A stretch of 60,000 nt of DNA from Felis catus (Eukaryota): assembly GCF_018350175.1 (NCBI RefSeq), contig NC_058369.1:4590001-4650000 (forward strand), read 5' to 3'. A model generated the notes under the pieces. It was not told the DNA's origin. It made no database searches and saw only the letters and a program-made list of their open reading frames with translations. Shown here piece after piece: positions 50,454 to 60,000 of the stretch. A program made the position numbers and the translations under genes. How positions within the stretch are numbered: the stretch's first letter is position 1; each line of letters starts with the position of its first letter.

Positions 50454-50690
50454 GGGGCGCGTGGATGACTCAGTCGGTTGAGCATCAGACATCCGCTCAG
50501 GTCATGATATCACGATCCGTGGGTTCAAGCCCCGCATCGGGCTCTGTGCTGACAGCTCGGAGCCTGGAGCCTGCTTCAGATTCTGTGTCTCTCCCTCTCT
50601 CTCTGGCCCTCCCCTGCTCATGCTCTGTCTCTCTCTGTCTCAAAAATAAATAAAAAAAAAACATATAAAAAAGAAAAGAAAAGAAAAAAA
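50454..50690 (+). mobile_element. CAN-SINE
   Basis: Full-length with A-rich tail. Confidence 0.92.
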
Positions 50691-50859
50691 CGTGAGGTCA
50701 GCCTGCTTGCTCACTCATTTGCAGCCTTCTCTCCCCAATAAAATCTTCCTGTTGTAAAGGTCTCTTTCATTGCCTGAATCCCATCTTAGAAAGTGAAGAA
50801 ACACTGCCCTGTTAACTAGCACTCCGTTATTTCTCAACGTCCTGAAGACTAGGGCGCAA

Positions 50860-51760
50860 GTCAAAAGCAATGAGCTATCACCCCACACCAGTCAGAATGG
50901 CGAGTATTAAACAAGGGAAGAAGAAGAAATAACAAATGTCGGGGAGGATGTGGAGAAAGGGAAACCCTCGTGCACTGTGGGCGGGAAAGCAAATTGTGCA
51001 GCCGCTGTGGAGGCCCCTCAAAAAATTAAAAATAGAAATACCACATGATCGGTTATTTTGCTGCTGAGCGTTTACCCCCCAAAACACAAAAACGCTAATT
51101 TGGAAGAGAGGGAGACACAGAATCCGAAGCAGGCTCCAGGCTCTGAGCTATCAGCCCAGAGCCTGACGCAGGACTCGAACCCACCCACTGTGAGATCATG
51201 GCCTGAGCTGAAGTTGGACACTTAACCGACTGAGCCACCCAGGCACCCCCAAAATCTTTAAAACCTATAAAGAAGATGTGGTCTATACATACATCGGAAT
51301 ACTACTCAGCTGTAAAATAGCATAAAATCTTGCCATTTTTGACAAATGGATGGACCTAGAGAGTATCATGCTAATAAGACAGAGAAAGATAAATGCTGTG
51401 CAATTTCACTTTTATGTGGAATCTTAAAAACAAAACAAACGAACAAACAAACAAACAAAAAGAACAAATTCATAAATACAGAGAAGGATCTGGGTGTTGC
51501 CAGAGGGGAGGGGGTGAGGGGTAGGCAGATTATGTAAAGAGATACAAGCTTCCAGCTGCAAAATAAATAAGTCACAGGGCTGAAAAGTACACCACAAGGA
51601 GTACGGTCAATAATATTGTAATGACCTTGCGTTGTGACAGATGGTAACTATACTTACCGTGGTGAGCATTGTGGAACATACGTAATTGACAGATCACTAT
51701 GCTGTACCCCTAAAACTAATATAATATTGTGTGTCAACTACACCTCAATAAAAAAATAAA
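50860..51760 (+). mobile_element. L1 3' end with poly-A, interrupted by a partial reverse SINE (~51105-51250)
   Basis: cacaccagtcagaatggc and gaggatgtggagaaagggaaaccc; ends tcaataaaaaaataaa. Confidence 0.88.
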
Positions 51761-52446
51761 CCTACAGAGCGCAGTGGTGGGTATAGGGAAATGATTTACC
51801 TGGTACAAGGCCACCCTCTAGGAGCCTAGGTCCTGGGCACTAGGCAGGTGTCCCAAGGCAGGCGTCCTTCTGATTCTAGGGAAGCCCAGGGATCTCCTTG
51901 GGTGATGGCAAACCAGCTCAAAAGCCACCATGAGGACCCTTGGAAAACTGGTTTGGCACGAGTGGAACTGGTCTGGTTCCATCGTTTTCCATGTCCTTGT
52001 TTTCCATGCCAAGGTGTCTCATGCCCACCAACAGACAAGCCAAACACATGTCTGGCATGGCCACCTAGCTCACAATGACGACACACCTGGTGTGTCTGAA
52101 TCATGAGCCCTGTTCCCACCCCCCCCAACCCCCCACTGGAGTAGACGCCTATCCCAAACTGGGCCAATCAGATTTTCTTGGGAATTTGAAACTTGGAGCG
52201 AACGCAAAGCCTGGGAATCACCAAGATTGTGTCACGCCATTGTCAGTTCCCTAACATCTGGGGATATTGTCTCGATGTTTGAGATACGTCAGCCGTCTCG
52301 CCACCACAAACAGACAAGACTGAGGCCACGGGGAGTCTGCCTTGGAGCTAAATCCTCCAGACCTGCCTTGGATCTCAGCCTTCCCAAGCAACTCATCTTT
52401 CCATTTTGAGATACCCCGGTACCTAGCCAATGCGTTTTTCCTCTTT

Positions 52447-52487
<41 letters not shown>

Positions 52488-54386
52488 TAAGCTAGCTTTC
52501 TATTTCTTCAATCCAGCAAAACCATCACCATTGGTATATTAGCTAGGGTTTCTTCGGTAGCAAGCAACAGGAAATGAATTTGGTGAACTTTTACCACGAA
52601 TATAAATATGTGTGTATGTAATTACTCATTAAATTAGTTATCATTCAGTCATTTATTATGGCCGAACTCATTAATCAAAAGAATTGCGGAAGACAAGGAA
52701 AACCAGAAACCACAACAGCTCTGAGCCTTGAATGGACAGTCTCTTCAGGAGGCAACTTTTGGGCACCTTTGTAGCTGTTCTATCCAGGCCCAAGATTCAT
52801 CAAATTCTGGAGATGTTGCCGGGACCACACCCACCCTTGGCCAGAGGAGGGGGAGCTCCTTGACTGACCACCCCACTGAGACCATAACCAGTTGGAGAAG
52901 GGCAGCTAGGGGGTCATAGGGAAAATGGGGCCATGGATATTGAATACGGGCAAAATCCCAAACAAATCCTACGTTCCCTCTGCCTTCAAACACCAGCCCT
53001 TAGGGTGTATGAAGCGTGGCCAGAGATGCTACACCAACCAGTTTCCCAAACTCTAAACCCTCCATTTAAAACACATCTGTGACTCCCATAAATAAAATGC
53101 AAACTGTTAAACTTGACTTATAAACTCCCTCCATGACTCACCTCTCTCCACCTTCAACTTTATCATCTAGGTGTGAGGGATGACCCAGTTCTTCCAAATG
53201 AGCCATACTTTCTCTCACCCCTTAACCTCCAGAAGTTTGCACGTGCCGTCCCTACTGCCTGGAACATCCCTTGTCCCCACTTACCCCTCTTGGCCAGGCC
53301 AACTACACCTCCACCTGTCACCTGGGCATCACTTTCCGATAAAGCCTTCCCAATTCCCCAAGGCAGGGTCAGGTGGCCTCCCGCTGTGCTGTGTCCCTCT
53401 GTCCTAACGTTTGTCCGCCGGTTCTGGAACTGTCTCGCTCTCCCACTAAACCTGGCTCTCAGAACAGGGGCTGTGTCCTCCCCATTCAGGAAATATTTCC
53501 TGTTGACTGGACCTCAAAACAGGTTTACATGGATCACCAGTCACATACGTGAAAACACTTGGCAGAAGAATGTCTTGTGCCTGGAACATTCTGGATGGAA
53601 GGCGTTAGGACTGTCACTTTCTCACCTGTTGACAGCATGCTTTTATAGACATTGCTTTTAATCCTCGCATGCCCCCTCCTCCGCCTCCCCATCCCCCCAA
53701 CGTCTGGCTTTCTAGTTCTTTTTCTGGCAATGACAAAACTGGATCTCAGCGAGGTGGAGTGACTTCCCTGAGGTCTCACAGCTCTGGGGGACTCCAGAGT
53801 TTGCTTTTACCCCCTGCCTTAAGAGACAAGAGGACTAGACGGGTGGCAATGATTAAGAGGGAGCGTCCCTGCTCCCTGGCTGCGTGACGTAATGTCTCTG
53901 GGTTTCCCTTTCCTGCATCAGTAAAATAGGGGAGCATAATTAATGCTACTGTGGGGGCTGTTGGAGGGGAACGTGTGAGGCCAGGCACTGAAAGACTACA
54001 TTGCCAGGGATGTGGTCCTAGCTCAATGAATAGCAAGGGCCTGCTGCGGCTGTCGTTGTTGTGGGAGATAACAGTAACAGGCTCATCCTTGGTTTCCTTG
54101 CTCCAGGCTTGGGGGTCAGCAGAAGCCAAGGCTGAGGTTTCCGAGAACGCCCCTGAGCGTGCAGAATGAGGGCAAAGCAATGGGCGGAGCCTCTGATTAA
54201 TGGGCTCCAACTGGTTCCAGAGTCTCTGATACCATCAGAGACTGCCCTCTGCCAGGGCCTGCCTCCCTGCCTGGGGCCAGCCCGTTTCCCAACCCCTGGC
54301 CCCACCCAGACTCTGTGAATGGAGACGCACCTGCCCAGGACCAAGAGCTGGACTCTCTGGGCCCCAGCCCCAGCAGGTGTCTTCAT

Positions 54387-54438
54387 ATTCATTCATTCAT
54401 TCATTCATTCACTCACTCACTCACTCACTCATTCATTG
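54387..54438. repeat. (TTCA)/(CTCA) tetranucleotide repeat (L2 tail-like)
   Basis: attcattcattc...actcactcactc... Confidence 0.9.
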
Positions 54439-55873
54439 TTTGCTTACCAACCATTCCTTCAGTACCTACAATGTTGTTCAAATGCCACAACGGAGCCCCC
54501 AGACACAATCTGCCTTCACGGGTGTATCCAGTCGGGGTTTGGGACACACGGCAGGCCTCATTTGCCTTCTCTACCTCCGAGCGCCGCAGTGAGGATTAGA
54601 GAACCAAGGGCTCTGGGGCCAGTTTTGCTCACTGCCGTGCAATTCCACGGTCTAGCACGGTGCCTCACACACAGCAGGTGCTCAGAAAGTTTTTGCAGAC
54701 AATGATGCGTGCAGAGAACACACGTCAATAACACAGCCATGCGCCTGGTCCGGGTGCTATTGTGGCTGCTGTGTTGCTTTGATTCTGGAATAATTTGCTC
54801 TTTTGATCACCGGTACCCTGCAGGGTCTCTGGCAAATAGATGTGGCTGGGTGCCTCAGGTCTGGAAGAAGGAAAGGAGGAAAAGGAGGAAGGGGGTGGGG
54901 GGGGGGGAAGAAGAGAGGGAGGGAAGAAGGAAGAAGTGAGAGAAGAAAGGCGGGGGCGGGGAAGGGAGGGCGGCAGACAGACCAGAATTGACTGCCCATC
55001 TTGGCCTTGGGAAAAGGCAGTGGGGGAACCCCTTTCTCACTTACCCCGGCCACCCAAGCGGCCCCTCCCGCCCCCCACAAACGGCTTCTCTCCCACCCGT
55101 CGTTTCATTTGTGGGTTCCACCGATTCAACCTTGACGGTGACCTCCGTGAGGACAATACCCACCTATTCGACCCCTGGCTGTGTCCCCAACACCCACCGA
55201 GCGCTCCAGAAAAAAAAAGCTGCCGAATCAATCAAATCAACGAAACACCCCCCAGCCCTTTCTCCCCACCGCCAAAGCTCAAACTCCCACCACCCACACC
55301 TGGCTCTGTCACCTGTCGAGGACCCCCCTCCGCATCCACTCAACGTGTGCGCGTGAATGTGGGGGCAGGGCTGGGGGTGTGCAGCTAAAGCAGCAGTCAC
55401 AGACCCTCCCTGAACGGGACTTACTTGCATGAATTAAGAAACACATAATTAATTCTTAATCACACAGTAACTGAGCGGCCTCGCGATGCTGTGGTTAATT
55501 AAGTGAGAGACTCTGGGACCAGGTGGGCAGGCGCAGCTTTTGGGCCCGTGCTATTTACCTGCTGTGCAACCCTGGGAAAGAAACGTACACTCTCTGAGCC
55601 TTTACACCCCACTTGTAAAATGTGGAGAATAAAGAGTCCCTACTTCTTAGAATTGCTCCGGGGGTTATACGGGAAGTGCTACCTGTTAAGTGAAGGTAAT
55701 ACACCAACACTTCCGCGTCTCTGACCATGTTTACCTTCTAATAGTAACAACTTTATTCAATGCTTGGGATGTACCAAGAACTGTACATTTTTTTAGATCT
55801 GTTTTTTTTTTTTTTTCCAAATGGAGGTATAAATCACATATGCTCAAATTCACTCTTCTAACGTGTGAAGCCC

Positions 55874-56051
55874 GGGGGCGCCTGGGTGGCTCAGTCCGTT
55901 AAGCACCCGATTCTTGGTTTCAGCTCAGGTCATGATTTCACAGTTCACGAGATCGAGCCCCGCATTGGGCTCTGTGCTGGCAGCGTGGAACCTGCTGGGG
56001 ATGCTCTCTCTCCTCTCTCTCTGCCCCTCCCCAGCTCGTGCACGCACGCAC

Positions 56052-56087
<36 letters not shown>

Positions 56088-56115
56088 AAATAAATAAATT
56101 ACCTTTAAAAATAAA
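55874..56115 (+). mobile_element. CAN-SINE within a reverse L1MB-type remnant (~55810-56450)
   Basis: SINE body; flanking gttgtgcaaccatcaccac and ttccagggttcatccac. Confidence 0.88.
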
Positions 56116-56567
56116 TATATAAAGTGTGCAAGTCTGTGGCTTTACTATTCATGAGGTTGTGCAACCATCACCACTCTCTAATTCTAGAACACTCTCACCT
56201 TCTCAGAAGGAAACCCTGTATCCATGAGCACTCCCTCCTCCCCCCGCCCCCCAGCAACCACGAATCTGCTCCTTCGGCTCTGCAGATTTGACTCTTCTGG
56301 GCATTTCACGTGGATGGAATCCTACCAAATGTGGCCTTTGGTGGCTGGCTTCTCTCACGGAACGTCCTGTTTCCAGGGTTCATCCACATTGTGGCATCAG
56401 CGCCTCCCTCCTGTTTATGGCTGAGGAGTAGTCCATTGTGTGGATGAACATTTGGGATGCCCAGCAGTTGTTTCATCCTCTCCACGGTCCTGTGAGTTAA
56501 TTACTATTAGTACCCCCCAGCTGCTCCCTTTCTGAATAAGTACTCAGCGAATATTTGCTGAATAAAT

Positions 56568-56922
56568 AGGAAGGAAGGAAGGAAGGAAGGAAGGAAGGAA
56601 GGAAGGAAGGAAGAGGAAGGAAGGGAAGTAGGAAAGAAGGAAGGAAGGGAAGAAGGAAGGAAGGAGGAAGGAAGGAAGGGAAGAAGGAAGGAAGGAGAAG
56701 GGAGGAAGGAAGGAAGGAAGGAAGGAGGAGGAAGGAAGGAAGGAAGGAAGGAAGGAAGGGAAGAAAGAAGGAAAGAAGGAAGGAAGGGAAGAAGGAAGGA
56801 AGGGAGGGAGGGAGGAAGGAAGGAAGGAGGAGGGAAGAAGGAAGGAAGGGAAGAAGGAAGGAAGGAAGGAAGGAAGGAAGGAAGGAAGGAAGGAAGGAGG
56901 AGGGAGGAAGGAAGGAAAGGAG
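56568..56922. repeat. Complex (GGAA)n polypurine microsatellite
   Basis: About 355 bp, almost purely G/A on the + strand. Confidence 0.98.
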
Positions 56923-57389
56923 TCTTTCTTTCTTCCCAGTACCACCTGGCATGCTGTACCCTTGACTTCTGTTTATTTTTTGTCTCCTCCACACCCAGGA
57001 CACCAGCCCCATAAGGGGAGGCATTTTGGTTTGCGTTGGTCATTTCTGTGCCCCCAGAGCCTGGAACAGTGGCTGTCCCAATTCTTGCTGAATCATGCAC
57101 AAAATGGAGGGGCCGTTATCTCTTTGCGTTGGACCCCTCTGTCACCCCCCAGAAGGCTTTTTCTGAAGCAGAAAAGAGGTCCAGAGGGACCTATCGAGTC
57201 TGGGCCAGCATGTGTCATGGGCGTGATCACCACTGTGTGAAATTATTCAGTTAATAGTGTCTGCCCTCCCTGAGAGCAGGAACCATGCCCTTCCTCGTTT
57301 TCCGGGAGCGGGGCGGCTGGCACAAATGCTTTTGCTGTGAATTCGATGAGAAGGAATACAGAAGAGGGAGGTATGGTTTAAAACTCACG

Positions 57390-57736
57390 GGGGGCACCTG
57401 GGTGTCTCAGTCACTTAAGCATCTGACCCTTGATTTCAGCTCAGGTCATGATCTCGAGGTTGGTGAGTTCAAGCCCCACATCGGCCTCCATGCTAAAGGT
57501 GCAGAGCCGCCTTGGGATTCTCTCTCTCCCCCCTCCCTCTGTCTGCCCCTCCCCTGCTTGCATGCTCTCTCTTAAATGAATAAACAAACAGTAAAAAAAA
57601 ACAAAAAATAGGGGCACCTGGGTGGCTCAGTCGGTTGAGCATCTGACTTCAGTTCATGTCATGATCTCACGGCTCATGAGTTCGAGCCCCACATCGGGCT
57701 CTGTGCTGACAGCTCAGAGCCTGGAGCCTGCTTCAG

Positions 57737-57777
<41 letters not shown>

Positions 57778-57860
57778 TCCTCCCCTGCTCATGCTCTCTC
57801 TCTCCTTCAAAAATAAATAAACATTTTTTAAAAAAACTTTTAAATAAAATAATAAAATAA
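57390..57860 (+). mobile_element. Two tandem CAN-SINEs (57390-57600 and 57611-57860)
   Basis: Two heads ggggcacctgggtg; aaaactca(c/t)ggg flanks the pair. Confidence 0.92.
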
Positions 57861-59427
57861 AACTCATGGGACCTGCTACTCACAGCCAGGGGCTCAGAGA
57901 GGGACAGGTCTCCCCCTGCACCACACAGCATTCAGAGAAGAGGGGCTGAAGCCCTCGCCCTGCAAAGGCCAGCAGCAGAAACGCTCAGTTGCAGAAAGAG
58001 GTAGGAGGTGTGGGCACTGCAGGCTCCCACTCGGATCGCTCTGTGCCTTCCACTGTACCCACCCCCATACTCTTCCCACTCATTCCCACCCCTGCACCCC
58101 TGGCTATCCAATCCCCCCCCACACCCCCATCCAGCCATCCCCTCCCTTTGTCCTGTACCCAAGCATCTGAGAAGGAGCTTTCTGGAGAGGATGAGACGCA
58201 GAGCTTCTGAAGCTTTGGCAGGACCCCAGGAAAGAAATTCAGCAACACAGCTGCTTCTCAGAGCTGACGGGGAAGGGGGGGGGGGCTTGAAACTTCCTCT
58301 CCCGCCACTTGAAACTCTCCTAAGTTGTCAGCAGCCCAGAAGGAGGCCACACCTGGAGGCCACCAGGCTAGTGCCAGCAGAAGAAGACTGAAGCGGCCCA
58401 CGCCTTGACTTCTCCCCTGCCCCACCCAATCCAGGCCCTCCCACACCCTTGACCTCTATTCCTGTTGGATCTGCCGCCCTGTCTCTCCGGGGCCCATCTA
58501 TGGCAGGCAAGCAGGTGTCCCAGCCGCTCCCCACATCATTGACTCTTCGCTGTTCAAAAGTCATCCATGGCTCCCCGGTGCCCTCACCATGGAGCCCACA
58601 CTCCTCTGCTTGGCATTCCTCATTCGGCACCTGGAAACCTCACCCACCTTCCCCTCGGCCCTCGGTTCCTCCCCCACCGGCAGCCTGGGCTCTGGCTTTA
58701 AACCAACTGTGTCTCGAGATGCTGTTCTCTCTCGCCTCAAGACCTCTGCTCCTGCTGGCCCATTTGGTCTGTATGCCTTGGAGACACTTACTCATTCTTC
58801 AAGCACTGAGATCCCCTCCACATTCAGCAGGCACAGCCCTAGTGGGTCATCCCCATGGCTCCCCTCTGCTCCCTCTGGTCCCTTTGCCCTCCCTCTGCCA
58901 CAAGCTAACCATGGGGCGGGGCAGATCTGACCCTGGAGCCCCCACTTGCTTAGCCCGGGAGCACATAGCATCTCTGGGACCCCGGGATCGATCAGCACGC
59001 ATTGGTTTGTGGCGTTCTTGTTGGACGAATGCATGAGCCCAATGAGTCTATCAGCAAATGTGGGACGTATTTCAAACACTCCGACTCAGCAAGCAAAACT
59101 TGCTCGTCTTCATTTCTTCTCATATTCTAGCCGCGGAAACACTCCTACCCTTCCCTAACTGTGCAGCCCCTTTCGTGTCCAGAACTCAGCACATCCTTCT
59201 CTCCTCCCCTCCCTTTTCCTTGACTCCCACCCTGCTTGGCAAAACTTCCTGCTCATCTTTCAAACCCGATTGCCAGGTGTCCTCCTCTGTGAAACTTGCA
59301 ACACGCGGGATGAGTCCTCCAGTGGTTCCTCCTTCCTGCTTCTATTCCCTGATCATGTGGCCCTGGGTTTTGCCCCAGATTCAGCCAACCCTGCGAGCAG
59401 TGCATTGAGAAAGCGAAATGTCCTTCA

Positions 59428-59639
59428 GAGGTGCCTGGGTGGCTCAGTCGGTTGAGTGTCCAACTCTTGATTTGGGCTCAGATCGTGATCTCACGCTTTG
59501 TGAGATCGAGTCCCGCATCGGGCTCTGCGGAATATGCTTGGGAGTTTCTCTCTCCCTTTCTCTCTCTTTGTCCCTCCTCCACTTGTGCGTGTGCTCTCTC
59601 TCTCTCTCTCTCAAAATAAATAAATAAACTTTTAAAAAA
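59428..59639 (+). mobile_element. CAN-SINE
   Basis: Typical body and tail. Confidence 0.9.
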
Positions 59640-59640
59640 C

Positions 59641-60000
59641 TCTTGCTACTGTTGGGGGGAATGCAAACCGGTGCAGCCACTCTGGAAAACAGCGCAGAGG
59701 TCCCTCAAAAAATTAAAAATAGAACTACCCTACGACCCAGCAATTGCACTACTAGGAATTTGCCCAAGGGGTACAGGAGTGCTAATGCATAGGGGCACTT
59801 GTACCCCAATGTTTATAGCAGCACTCTCAACAATAGCCAAATGATGGAAAGAGCCTAAATGTCCATCAACTGACGAATGCATAAAGAAAATGTGGTTTAC
59901 ATATACAATGGAATACTACTTGGCAATGAAAAAGAATGAAATCTGGCCATTTGCAACAACATGGATGGAACTAAAGGGTATTATGCTAAGAGAAATAAGT
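59641..60000 (+). mobile_element. Relatively young carnivore L1, 5'-truncated, ORF2 C-terminus (continues beyond the window)
   Basis: gaactaccctacgacccagcaattgcactactagg ... caatggaatactac; low divergence. Confidence 0.92.

Noticed and set aside
52043..52062. Possible p63/p53 site (acacatgtctggcatggcc)
   Set aside because: The CATG cores are 9 bp apart rather than the canonical 10.
56497..57100. PSFL-repeat ORFs in three frames
   Set aside because: Artefact of the (GGAA)n tract.
49000..60000. ACER1 coding exon 1
   Set aside because: No sequence encoding the expected DWCE-containing N-terminus was found; it presumably lies beyond the window. A good donor (gcaa|gtaagt, ~55425 minus) has no supporting ORF or acceptor.

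Overview
Mammalian (carnivore, almost certainly felid) genomic DNA, judged from abundant cat-type CAN-SINEs. Two spliced protein-coding genes lie in tandem on the minus strand. MLLT1/ENL contributes its CpG-island promoter and coding exons 1-3 (35612-35623, 25828-26008, 19037-19119), encoding YEATS-domain residues 1-92; intron 3 runs off the left edge. ACER1 (alkaline ceramidase 1) contributes exons 2-6 (48874-48988, 48650-48791, 47799-47936, 44753-44890, 44265-44430); exon 1 is presumably beyond the right edge. The rest is intronic or intergenic sequence full of SINEs, L1/L2/MIR remnants, LTRs (MER21-, MLT1A- and LTR33-like), DNA transposons (Tigger2a-, MER82-, Charlie/MER5-like) and microsatellites. 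The most unusual items are: (1) an unclassified ~410-bp segment without CpG depletion, with TG...CA ends and a near-perfect 6-bp flanking duplication, splitting an L1 (6828-7237); (2) a candidate signal-peptide microprotein gene between the two genes (40787-40930); (3) a 5x23-bp CCAAT array in an LTR33-like element; (4) a cryptic 20/40/100-bp repeat beside the MLLT1 promoter; (5) a uORF in the MLLT1 leader; (6) a perfect DR5 element; (7) a GRHL-motif cluster in ACER1 intron 1. Repeat family names come from recalled consensus sequences, not a database search.
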